64,000 nucleotides of DNA from positions 141,256-205,255 of the forward strand of contig JANXAF010000001.1 in the NCBI GenBank assembly GCA_025062045.1. The letters are read 5' to 3'. A program made the translations under genes and the position numbers. The notes below the pieces were generated by a model. The model searched no databases, had not been told where the DNA came from, and was given only the letters and a program-made list of their open reading frames with translations. Within the stretch, counting starts at the first letter, position 1. Each line of letters opens with the position of its first letter. Below are positions 10,249-19,013 of this stretch, one piece after another. Source of the stretch: Thermodesulfobacteriota bacterium. Lineage in GTDB: Bacteria > Desulfobacterota > Syntrophorhabdia > Syntrophorhabdales > JANXAF01.

Positions 10249-10572
10249 ATGGTCATACAAGTCCTAACTACTGGAGACAAAAGAGACGCTCTTGAAGCCA
10301 TAGCAAAGAACCTTTTAGAAGAAAAACTCATAGCCTGTGCGCAGATTGTGGGACCAATAAAGAGCATGTACTGGTGGAAAGGAGAAATTGCAGAGGACGA
10401 GGAGTATCTCTGTATTATGAAGACAAAGGATGAACTTTTTCATCTTGTTGAGGAAAAAATCCGGAAGTTACATCCATATGAAGTTCCTGAGATAGTGGCC
10501 GTGAGAGCTGATTTTGTTTCAAAGAATTATGAAAGCTGGCTTACAAATGAAGTCATTGGATCTATTGGTTGA
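10249..10572 (+). CDS. cutA: divalent-cation tolerance protein CutA
   Basis: LIACAQI...SMYWWKGEI...YEVPEI motifs. ATG at 10249 is preceded by AAAGGAGG. The longer ORF from 9946 would run antisense through maf. Confidence 0.85.
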   Translation: MVIQVLTTGDKRDALEAIAKNLLEEKLIACAQIVGPIKSMYWWKGEIAEDEEYLCIMKTKDELFHLVEEKIRKLHPYEVPEIVAVRADFVSKNYESWLTNEVIGSIG

Positions 10573-10619
10573 CCAGTAGGTAAAAAAAATAGTAGTATGT
10601 AGGAAAAAAAGGAGGAAGT

Positions 10620-12197
10620 ATGATTCACGGGGAAGAAAGGGAATTTTTCAATGCGGCGGACTATTTTATAGACAGAAATATAAGACAGGGAAGGGGTCAC
10701 AAAATAGCAATTTACACGGAAAACAGAAATTATACGTACAATGACGTTCAAAAAATGGTCAACAAAACTGGAAATGCTTTTAGGGAGCTTGGTGTAAGAA
10801 TAGATGACAGAATTGCCATGCTCATTCTCGATTCACCCGTTTTCTACGCTGTCTTTTTCGGAGCCATAAAAATAGGTGCAGTCCCTATCCCTCTTAACAC
10901 TATGTTGACACCAGACGACTACGAATATTACTTAAACGACAGTAGATCAAAGGTCCTTGTAGTTTCGGAAGAACTCTATCCATTGATAAAGCAGATAAAA
11001 GGGGATCTTCCCTACCTTAGAGATTTGATAATAGTTTCGGAGACAGAGGGAGCCCACGTGCCTTTCAAGCAGAAGTACAAACACGCTCCTTCTGAACTGA
11101 AACCAGAATTCACAACGAAAGACGATGTGGGATTCTGGCTTTATAGCTCAGGCTCTACGGGCTCCCCGAAAGGAGCCATCCATTCCCAGTACGATATGGT
11201 TGTTACCTCCAAATGCTATGCGCAGGGGGTTTTGCAACTTACCGAAAACGACATCTGCCTTTCCGCCTCGAGGCTATTTTTTGCTTATGGACTTGGAGGT
11301 GGAATGTATTTTCCCCTCTCTGTTGGGGCTTCCGCTGTGCTCAGCCCAAAAAGACCGACACCCGAACATATCTTCTCGCTCCTTCGAAGGTTTAGGCCAA
11401 CAGTATTTTTTGGAATTCCGACCCTTTACGCCCAAATGCTGGATTATAAAGAAAAGGAAGACAGAATCCTCGGTAGGAAACCCGATCCAAACTCCGATCA
11501 TGAGTTCTCTTCATGCCGAATATGCGTATCATCAGGAGAGGCTCTACCGCCCGATATCTTTTTTAGGTGGAAAGAGAGATTCGGATTAGAAATACTAGAT
11601 GGGATAGGTTCCACAGAGGTTCTCCATATATTCTGTTCCAATAGGCCAGGCGAGATAAAACCTGGTTCTGCTGGAAAACCAGTGCCTGGATACGAACTCA
11701 AAATAGTAGATGAGGAGGGAAGAGAGGTACCGCCAGGAGAGATAGGTACGCTTCTAGTAAAAGGGGATAGCATTGCTCAGCAGTACTGGAAGAAAAGGGA
11801 AAAAACGAGACTAACCATGCAAGGCGAGTGGATAAATACGGGGGACAAATTTTATAAGGATGAAGATGGATTCTATTTTTATGCCGGAAGATCGGACGAC
11901 ATGCTCAAGGTTGGAGGTATATGGGTCTCTCCCATTGAGGTGGAAAACTGCATAAGACAGCACCCTGCTGTCTTGGAAGTAGCGGTAGTCGGAAAAGAGG
12001 ATGAAAATGGTCTTATAAAGCCAAAGGCCTATGTCGTGCTGAGGGAAGGTTACGCGGCTTCCGAGGCCATGGAAGAGGAAATAAAAAAATGGGTCCTTGA
12101 AAGATTGGCTAAGTACAAATATCCCAGGTGGGTCGAGTTTGTAAAAGAACTACCGAAGAGCTCCACAGGAAAGATTCAGAGATTTAAACTCAGATGA
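10620..12197 (+). CDS. benzoate/aryl-carboxylate-CoA ligase family protein (AMP-forming)
   Basis: AMP-binding box YSSGSTGSPKG and GEWINTGD...GRSDDMLKVGG. The N-terminus resembles benzoate-CoA ligases. Confidence 0.8.
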   Translation: MIHGEEREFFNAADYFIDRNIRQGRGHKIAIYTENRNYTYNDVQKMVNKTGNAFRELGVRIDDRIAMLILDSPVFYAVFFGAIKIGAVPIPLNTMLTPDDYEYYLNDSRSKVLVVSEELYPLIKQIKGDLPYLRDLIIVSETEGAHVPFKQKYKHAPSELKPEFTTKDDVGFWLYSSGSTGSPKGAIHSQYDMVVTSKCYAQGVLQLTENDICLSASRLFFAYGLGGGMYFPLSVGASAVLSPKRPTPEHIFSLLRRFRPTVFFGIPTLYAQMLDYKEKEDRILGRKPDPNSDHEFSSCRICVSSGEALPPDIFFRWKERFGLEILDGIGSTEVLHIFCSNRPGEIKPGSAGKPVPGYELKIVDEEGREVPPGEIGTLLVKGDSIAQQYWKKREKTRLTMQGEWINTGDKFYKDEDGFYFYAGRSDDMLKVGGIWVSPIEVENCIRQHPAVLEVAVVGKEDENGLIKPKAYVVLREGYAASEAMEEEIKKWVLERLAKYKYPRWVEFVKELPKSSTGKIQRFKLR

Positions 12198-13366
12198 TCG
12201 CTATGTCTAGAAACTTTGCATTGCTTTTCATTTCAAACATTTTTAACTCCTTCGCCTTCTATTTGCTCGTCCCGACCCTTCCCTTGTACTTCCTTTCGGA
12301 CTTAAAGCTGAGTTTCCAAGAGATAGGATATGCGATATCCTCCTTTTCCATCTCTGTCATACTTTTTAGACCGTTTGCCGGTTACCTTGTGGACAGGTTT
12401 AGAAGGACAACTCTTTTAAGATTGACTCTTGTGGCTATAGCCCTCACGTACCTTCTCTATCCCAGAATCCACACATTTTTAGGTATTGTGGCAATTAGAA
12501 TCTTTCACGGGATGCTATTCGGTATAAGTTCATCCGTTCTTTCCGCGGTTGCGGCAGACCTAGGAGGGGATAGAATCGGTCAGGCTATAGCTCTCTACTC
12601 TTTAACGATCCCTTTAGGAATGATGGGCGGGTCCTTTCTTGGGCTTACGATTTTGAAGAGCTCTGGTGCGGAAATTATGTTTCTCTTTACGTTTCTTGTC
12701 TCTCTCATACCGCTTACGCTCTCTTTCTTTTTGAGCAGTCCCAGTGAAGATTCAAAGAAAGGAAGGTTTTTTAGCCTAGCTCACCTTATCTCTTTGGATG
12801 CACTACCTTTCTCAGTTTCCATGATCTTTCCCATGATGGTATACGGCTCAATTAATACCTTTGCGGCCATCCATGCAGAACAGGTCGGTTTTGGTTCTTG
12901 TGAGATCTTTTTCTTTCTTTTTTGTCTCTCCCTTATACTTTCTCGGCTATTTATGGGAAAACTCTTTGACAGTGGGATGATAAAAACGTTGGTTTTAGGA
13001 GGGCTTTTTCTGATCCTTCTTGGGACCCTCACTCTTAGCTTTTCTCATGGTATCTTTTCCTTTTCCATATCAGGGATCCTTTCTGGAGCTGGCTTCGGAA
13101 TCCTTATGCCAACTTGTCAGGCTGCCATAAATGCCATCTCAAGGCCAAACGAACGTGGATCGGCAAACTCGACGTATTTTTTATCTTACGATTTGGGAAT
13201 CGGGCTTAGTTCTTTTATTGTCGGGCACCTTCTCGATACGGCAACAGTGGCGGAAGTGTACAGAATATTTTCTTTTATTATCCCTTTTGCGGCAATCCCT
13301 TTCTTCCTCTTTGCCCTCCCGAGATTCCATATGAAGAAAGGGATTGCCAAACTCCAAACGATTTAG
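12194..13366 (+). CDS. MFS transporter
   Basis: 390 aa with about 12 hydrophobic helices and a loop 2-3 motif GYLVDRFRR. Overlaps the ligase stop by 4 nt. Confidence 0.8.
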   Translation: MIAMSRNFALLFISNIFNSFAFYLLVPTLPLYFLSDLKLSFQEIGYAISSFSISVILFRPFAGYLVDRFRRTTLLRLTLVAIALTYLLYPRIHTFLGIVAIRIFHGMLFGISSSVLSAVAADLGGDRIGQAIALYSLTIPLGMMGGSFLGLTILKSSGAEIMFLFTFLVSLIPLTLSFFLSSPSEDSKKGRFFSLAHLISLDALPFSVSMIFPMMVYGSINTFAAIHAEQVGFGSCEIFFFLFCLSLILSRLFMGKLFDSGMIKTLVLGGLFLILLGTLTLSFSHGIFSFSISGILSGAGFGILMPTCQAAINAISRPNERGSANSTYFLSYDLGIGLSSFIVGHLLDTATVAEVYRIFSFIIPFAAIPFFLFALPRFHMKKGIAKLQTI

Positions 13367-13374
13367 TGTGGGAT

Positions 13375-13470
13375 CTACGATTCCTTCTTTTTCTTCTTCT
13401 TAGGACGGTATTTGCCGAAAGTGTGCCTCCAGATCTTTCCTCTTCTCGTCTTTCTGTCTCCCTTTCCCAT
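13375..13470 (-). CDS. 30S ribosomal protein bTHX (31 aa)
   Basis: Hand translation gives [31 protein letters not shown]. It closely resembles my recollection of Thermus Thx ([26 protein letters not shown]...). GGGAG SD lies 5 nt upstream. Too short for the ORF track. Confidence 0.75.
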   Translation of the reverse strand: MGKGDRKTRRGKIWRHTFGKYRPKKKKKKES

Positions 13471-13523
13471 TTTTACTCCCACTTAACGTAAGGTTTTATT
13501 TCTATTCTATTTTTCGGTGATTG

Positions 13524-15275
13524 TCAATCCACAATAAAGCTTAAAGCCTCTTTTTGTCTTAAATCCACAAGCCCCCTGTCTGATACCCTCAAAAATGGGA
13601 TTGCCGGGGTTGTGAGCGTTTCAAGTGTCATAATAGGTTTGTTCCATCTTACTCCCCTTTTTTTTGCCTCTCCGTTTATAAAGGAGATCCTTTTTGCAAC
13701 CTCCTCAAAAGGAAGGTCAGATATGAGAGAGCCTATAGGTAAAGGAAGTTCCTCAACAATACGGCCCTCATCAACTATCACAATGCCTCCCCCAAGTTCT
13801 ATGATTCTATTTATAGCAATACACAGATCATCGATCCTTACCCCCACGGCCAAAACCCCGTACGCTTCCCAAAGACTGCTTGTCGCCAGTGCGCCGGTCT
13901 TCAGTCCGAAACTTTTAATTAGGTAGTTATAGCAACCTTCTGTCGTTACATAAGAAAGCCTAAGTATGTCCTCTTCCGGGTTTGGCGTAAGTTCCCCGTC
14001 TTTTGGCACAATCTCTTTTATTGACTCTCTGGTTATAAGATCTGTAACCTGTTCTACCAATCTTACCTTTACCCTTTCCCTTTTCGGTGCCCTAATTATG
14101 AGATCTTGGGTTTTTATAAACGGTCGTTTAAATCCCTGAAGCCTAAGAGGCTTTCTCTCTTTAAGACCAATTGAATTACCATTTTCGACAACGATCCTAC
14201 CGCCCGATATCACTGTTTGTGGCTCTATTTTCGTAAGGCTGGGGCTCACTACTAAATCTGCGTATTTACCAGGCGCTATTCCTCCAAGCACGTTGTCCAG
14301 TCCGAAATGGGAAGCGGGATTAAGTGTTACCATTTGGATAGCAGAGACTGGGTCTATCCCATTATCTATTGCCCTACTTACTACGTATTCCATGTATCCC
14401 TTACTCAGTATCTCTTCCGGAGACATAAAATCACTAACCAGTATTATCCTTCTTGTGTCTAGTCCAGATCTTTTAAGTTCGGCAAGGCATCCTATATCGC
14501 TCCTTACACTTCCTTCCCTCACCATCACATAAAGGCCGAGTCTCAACCTTTCAACAACTTCTTCATAACTTATTGGTTCGTGGCATGAACTAACACCTGT
14601 AAAAGCGTAAATTTGCAATTTTTCTCCCTTGCACCCTGCAGAATGGCCTTCTATAGTTTTTCTCATCCTTAAGGCATATGGAGCAAGCCTAAAGAAGAGT
14701 TCATGTCCTCTTAGAACTTCTTGCCAGAAACTCTCTCCTAACCCTAAGACATCTTCCCTTTTTAAAAGATTGAGGATCTTCTCAAACTCTGGTGTCCTTT
14801 TTTTCGAAGCCTCACTTAACGTTATAAAGACCGGGATTGTAGCAAAGACCTTACAAGGCGCACCTTTTGTGGCCTCCAAATATTCTTCCATCCCTTCTAA
14901 ATCCACTTTAAATGAAAGATCTAGAAGCTCAGTAACAACTGTAGTTACACCCCTTTTTGCAACTTCGTATAAGATCTCTTGAGGGTGGCAGTAGCTCAGT
15001 ATATGGGCATGTCCATCTATAAATCCGGGTACGATGTATTTTCCCTCTACATCGAGACACAAGGTTTCCGGTCCAATAACTGAAGATACGTCTTTGTCAA
15101 CCCGGATTATCCACCTATCTTTTATAGCAACCGAATATCCATTCAATATCTCCTTAGTGTAAACATTGATGAGATTCCCATTTGTTAACACAAGATCGGC
15201 ATGTCCTTTTTTCAAGTAGGACTCCAAGACCCGTCTCCTATCCATATCCATGAACTGGTCCATCAGAGCCTCCAT
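13524..15275 (-). CDS. ade: adenine deaminase (amidohydrolase superfamily)
   Basis: 583 aa with the GFIDGHAHI metal motif. Size and two-domain layout are typical of Ade. Confidence 0.8.
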   Translation of the reverse strand: MEALMDQFMDMDRRRVLESYLKKGHADLVLTNGNLINVYTKEILNGYSVAIKDRWIIRVDKDVSSVIGPETLCLDVEGKYIVPGFIDGHAHILSYCHPQEILYEVAKRGVTTVVTELLDLSFKVDLEGMEEYLEATKGAPCKVFATIPVFITLSEASKKRTPEFEKILNLLKREDVLGLGESFWQEVLRGHELFFRLAPYALRMRKTIEGHSAGCKGEKLQIYAFTGVSSCHEPISYEEVVERLRLGLYVMVREGSVRSDIGCLAELKRSGLDTRRIILVSDFMSPEEILSKGYMEYVVSRAIDNGIDPVSAIQMVTLNPASHFGLDNVLGGIAPGKYADLVVSPSLTKIEPQTVISGGRIVVENGNSIGLKERKPLRLQGFKRPFIKTQDLIIRAPKRERVKVRLVEQVTDLITRESIKEIVPKDGELTPNPEEDILRLSYVTTEGCYNYLIKSFGLKTGALATSSLWEAYGVLAVGVRIDDLCIAINRIIELGGGIVIVDEGRIVEELPLPIGSLISDLPFEEVAKRISFINGEAKKRGVRWNKPIMTLETLTTPAIPFLRVSDRGLVDLRQKEALSFIVD

Positions 15276-15344
15276 AAGATCTTTTGAAAAGGCTACTTTC
15301 TTTCTTTTTGCCTGTCAACATCTGTTTAAATGGTAAAAAGTAGG

Positions 15345-15353
15345 TGGTATAAT
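15345..15353 (+). promoter_or_regulatory. extended -10 promoter element (TGgTATAAT) for the MBL / Mo-enzyme operon
   Basis: TATAAT at 15348..15353 with TG at 15345-15346. ATG at 15364 has no SD, which implies a leaderless or near-leaderless mRNA. Confidence 0.45.
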
Positions 15354-15363
15354 TGTCACGAAA

Positions 15364-16374
15364 ATGTTCTTCGAAGAGATCCAAAAGGAATTCTATCGGC
15401 TGGTTATTCCTCTACATATTGACTCTCTCAGATCGGCCAATATTTACGTCATAAAGGGAAAGGATATTTCGCTTATTGTCGACACAGGAATGGGTGATGA
15501 GAAGATGTTCCTTGAGCTACTATCCTCACTAGATTCGATTGGGGTGAGCCTTGAGAGATCTCTTGTTGCGGTTACCCATTTTCACATAGACCACTTCGGT
15601 TTTGTAAGGAAAATGCAAAATTTTGGGGCAAGGTTCCTATTAAGTAGAAAGGACTGGGAGAAAGCAAAAAGAATCAGATCACAAACCCTCAAAGAAGAGG
15701 TCTATTCTTTCCTTTCCCTCTCTGGATTTCCACAGGACGAACAAAAAATCTCTTTCTTTGAGGATGTGGACGAAATATACGAGGTAGAGGAAAATAGGTG
15801 CGTCGAATTCGCATTCCACGGTCAAAGGATCGTTATAGGAAATTACGAATTTTTAGTTTTTTTTACACCGGGCCACACACCTGGCCATCTTACCCTCTTT
15901 GAGGTAAAAACCGGCTATTACCTCTCTGGCGATCACATTCTAAGGGAAATATCTCCGACACTCCAAGCGAGAAAGCCAGAAGATGACCCCTTGAAAGAGT
16001 ACTTTAAGAGTCTTCACTCTGTATCCAAACTCCCCATAAGCAGGGTTCTTCCTTCCCACGGTGATCCCTTCCATAACGCAAGGGAAAGGATTGCGGAACT
16101 CTTTGCCCACCACAGAAGAAGGCTTGCTGAGATTATATCCCTTATCGAGCGCGGAACTAAAACTATCTATGAACTGGCATCCAAGATGGATTGGGATTCA
16201 CCTACAGGCGATTTTTACGAGCTTCCAATAAAACACAAGATTTTTGCCATGGGAGAAGCCCTCGCTCATACAAATTACTTAAAGAACAAAGGTAGGATAA
16301 AGTATTTCTTTCATCCAAAAGGAACGATTCAAATGTCACTTAATTTGGAGGTAAAAAGGCGGTGCCTAAGGTAA
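15364..16374 (+). CDS. MBL-fold metallo-hydrolase with C-terminal helical (wHTH-like) extension
   Basis: HFHIDHFG (HxHxDH) motif and a later GHTPGH motif. Confidence 0.8.
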   Translation: MFFEEIQKEFYRLVIPLHIDSLRSANIYVIKGKDISLIVDTGMGDEKMFLELLSSLDSIGVSLERSLVAVTHFHIDHFGFVRKMQNFGARFLLSRKDWEKAKRIRSQTLKEEVYSFLSLSGFPQDEQKISFFEDVDEIYEVEENRCVEFAFHGQRIVIGNYEFLVFFTPGHTPGHLTLFEVKTGYYLSGDHILREISPTLQARKPEDDPLKEYFKSLHSVSKLPISRVLPSHGDPFHNARERIAELFAHHRRRLAEIISLIERGTKTIYELASKMDWDSPTGDFYELPIKHKIFAMGEALAHTNYLKNKGRIKYFFHPKGTIQMSLNLEVKRRCLR

Positions 16375-18410
16375 GAAGTGTCTGCAATCTCTGTCCATCC
16401 CTTTGTGGATTAGAGATAGAAGTTGATGGGGGAAAAATCTTAAGGCTCAAAGGTGACAAAAACTCGCCAATAAGTCGCGGTTTTTTATGCAGGAAGGGAA
16501 AAGCGCTTCTCGAGTACGCAGCTTGCAAAGAAAGGATCCTCCACCCTTTAAAGAGAGTGGACAAGGCAGGTTCCATCTTCTGGGAGAGGATCTCTTGGGA
16601 TGAGGCCTTTGATATCATAGTTTCGGAACTTAAAAGGGTAAGATCGGATTACGGTCCAGAGTCTGTCCTTTTTATAAGGGGGGCAGCTTCAGGCTTAGCT
16701 GACATATTGCTTACGAGACTTGCTTATGCTTTCGGTTCACCTAATGTAACATCTATGGGTTTTCTCTGCTTTATGCCTAGGGTTTACGCGTCATATGCCA
16801 CATTCGGTTCGTTTTTATTGCCTGATTACGATCATCCGCCAAAGACAATAGTTCTTTGGGGTATCAACCCCTACGCAACTTATCCATACATTCACCAAAA
16901 AGTATTATCTGCAAAAAGAAGGGGTTCAAAAATAATAATAATAGATCCTTTCGAGACGCACTTAGTAAAGATTGCGGATCTCTGGCTTAAACTGAGACCA
17001 GGTTCTGATCTTCTTTTGTGCTTAAGTATGCTTTACGTTGTTATAAATGAAAATCTTTACGACAGAACGTTTGTCGAGAGATGGACTTACGGATTCGACA
17101 AATTGAAAGACTTCGTGATGAAGTTCCCACCTGAGAAGACAGAGAGGTACACGTACGTAAAACCACACGAAATCAGAGCATTTCTAGAAATTTACATCCA
17201 AAATCGACCAGCATCGATCGTTGAGGGAAATGCCCTCGATCAAGGAGTAAATCCTTTTTTGACCCTAAGGGCCATATACGTTCTTGAAGCGATCTCTGGA
17301 AATATTGGGGTTCCGGGAGGAAAGATAAGATATAAAAACCCGAATGTAGTAAAAAAGTACGGTCCTTCCTTCACCCTAAGAAACCTTTTGCCAAAAGATG
17401 CCAAAGGCATAGGATATGAACTACTTGCTCCATTCGTACATTACGCTCTTCCCCAGGCAGTCGTAAAATCTTTAATCGAGGGGAGTGATAACAGTCCCAA
17501 AGCCGCCTTCGTAATGAGGGGAAATGTTGTCCTTACTTGGCCAGATACAAAAAAAACTTTGGAGGCCCTAAAAAGACTTAAGTTTTTGTTCGTCTCTGAC
17601 CAGTTCCTAACACCGACTTCAGCTTTGGCAAATGTAATACTTCCTGCGGCTACTTGTCTTGAGTATGATTCGATATGTCTTTCTCCGGACTTTCCTTTTC
17701 TCGTGCATGCCCAAAGGAAAGTTGTGGAATTCGGTGAAGCAAAATCAGATCTCTGGATAATAAATGAGCTGGGAAAGAGGCTCGGTCTTCAAGAATACTT
17801 CTTTGAAGACGAATATGCGCTATTTGATGAAATTTTAAAGGATGACGGACTTACCTTCGAAGAATTAAAAAAGAAAAACCTAATTACTGGCGAAAAAGAG
17901 TACATGTTTTTCGAAAAAGACGGATTCAATACCGAATCTAGAAAAGTAGAGATCTATTCGGAAAGTCTAAAGTCATATGGCTACGATCCCCTCTTTGATT
18001 TTGACGACTCTGTTTTTGAACAAGATGACCATTTTCCCTATGTTCTTACGAGCTATAAACCTAGAGATTTCAGGCACACAAACTTTAGACAGATCGAATC
18101 AATAAGAAAGAGAAACCCCTATCCAAACGTCTTTTTGAACAGTAAAACCGCAAAAAAACTAGGAATAAAGGAGAACCAATGGGTCTTTGTGAGCACAAAA
18201 ACCGGCCAGATTAAGGGATTAGCAAAGTTAATGGATAGAATTCATGAGACTCTTGTTGTTGTCGAACACGGCTGGTGGCTCCCTGAGGATGAAGACTCAT
18301 ACCTTGAATTGAACATAAACGTTCTCACATCCATCGAAAATACTTGGAGGATTACTGGATCCCCAATGCTTAGGGGTATACCTTGCAACGTAAGACACAA
18401 AGATGAATGA
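16362..18410 (+). CDS. cytoplasmic molybdopterin (bis-PGD) oxidoreductase, substrate unknown
   Basis: GTG start with GGAGGT 9 nt upstream. N-terminal C-x2-C-x3-C-x27-C [4Fe-4S] motif starts at residue 8, with no Tat signal. 682 aa. Confidence 0.85.
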   Translation: MPKVRSVCNLCPSLCGLEIEVDGGKILRLKGDKNSPISRGFLCRKGKALLEYAACKERILHPLKRVDKAGSIFWERISWDEAFDIIVSELKRVRSDYGPESVLFIRGAASGLADILLTRLAYAFGSPNVTSMGFLCFMPRVYASYATFGSFLLPDYDHPPKTIVLWGINPYATYPYIHQKVLSAKRRGSKIIIIDPFETHLVKIADLWLKLRPGSDLLLCLSMLYVVINENLYDRTFVERWTYGFDKLKDFVMKFPPEKTERYTYVKPHEIRAFLEIYIQNRPASIVEGNALDQGVNPFLTLRAIYVLEAISGNIGVPGGKIRYKNPNVVKKYGPSFTLRNLLPKDAKGIGYELLAPFVHYALPQAVVKSLIEGSDNSPKAAFVMRGNVVLTWPDTKKTLEALKRLKFLFVSDQFLTPTSALANVILPAATCLEYDSICLSPDFPFLVHAQRKVVEFGEAKSDLWIINELGKRLGLQEYFFEDEYALFDEILKDDGLTFEELKKKNLITGEKEYMFFEKDGFNTESRKVEIYSESLKSYGYDPLFDFDDSVFEQDDHFPYVLTSYKPRDFRHTNFRQIESIRKRNPYPNVFLNSKTAKKLGIKENQWVFVSTKTGQIKGLAKLMDRIHETLVVVEHGWWLPEDEDSYLELNINVLTSIENTWRITGSPMLRGIPCNVRHKDE

Positions 18411-18951
18411 AAAAGAGATATTGGAGTTAAAAAGGATAGCCCTAAAGTACATTGAGAGCCATAATACAATGACTATTGCCACATGTAAAGACAACGTTCC
18501 TTGGGCCGCCGATGTATTTTACGCAAGCTCTGGTTTCAGACTCTATTTCATTTCAAACCCTCAAGTTGCAATCCATTGCAAAAACATAGCGGCAAATCCT
18601 ATAGTTTCGGTTGCAATAAGCGAGGATTACAAATTAAAGGGATTTTCGGACTGGAAAAGGATAAAGGGTATTCAGATGGAAGGTCTTGCAGAAATGCTTG
18701 AACTGGAAAATGAGATAAAAGAAGCACTGGAAATCTACATCAAAAAGTATCCTTTCACTTCCCCCTACCTTAAAAAGCTCTTTCTGTATGAAGAATACAC
18801 ACCCTTGGAAAAACTTCTTATGCGCCTCAAGATCCTCCCAACTTTTACGCCTTCAAAAGAGAACAGGTTCTTTAAAGTGACCCCAAAAAGGCTGTTTCTC
18901 GTAGACAACAAAAGAAGCTTTGAAAAAAGGATCGAGATTCCACTTGAGTGA
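18403..18951 (+). CDS. pyridoxamine-5-phosphate-oxidase-like FMN-binding protein
   Basis: 182 aa with a split-barrel-like sequence (TMTIATC...PWAADVFY...). Overlaps the Mo-enzyme stop by 8 nt. Confidence 0.65.
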   Translation: MNEKEILELKRIALKYIESHNTMTIATCKDNVPWAADVFYASSGFRLYFISNPQVAIHCKNIAANPIVSVAISEDYKLKGFSDWKRIKGIQMEGLAEMLELENEIKEALEIYIKKYPFTSPYLKKLFLYEEYTPLEKLLMRLKILPTFTPSKENRFFKVTPKRLFLVDNKRSFEKRIEIPLE

Positions 18952-18954
18952 ACG

Positions 18955-18982
18955 TTGAAACCGACTTTTAAGTGATTATATT
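18955..18982 (+). promoter_or_regulatory. sigma-70-type promoter upstream of clpB
   Basis: TTGAAA (18955..18960), 16 nt spacer, TATATT (18977..18982). Confidence 0.4.
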
Positions 18983-19013
18983 AGAAGTACCGAAATTTTT
19001 TCGGAGGATAAAA

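Noticed and set aside
15276-15363. Considered a purine riboswitch upstream of adenine deaminase.
   Set aside because: - The 88-nt divergent spacer is too short and AT-rich.
- It lacks the conserved purine-aptamer junction sequences.
16340-16618. 92-aa ORF antisense at the MBL / Mo-enzyme junction.
   Set aside because: - It is a shadow frame across two overlapping sense genes.
- It has no SD or motifs.
18989-19008. Small hairpin CCGAAA-ttt-TTTCGG overlapping the clpB SD, considered as an RNA thermometer.
   Set aside because: - It has only a 6-bp A/U-rich stem that sequesters just the first G residues of the SD.
- It is too weak and too short to call. No ROSE or fourU features are present.
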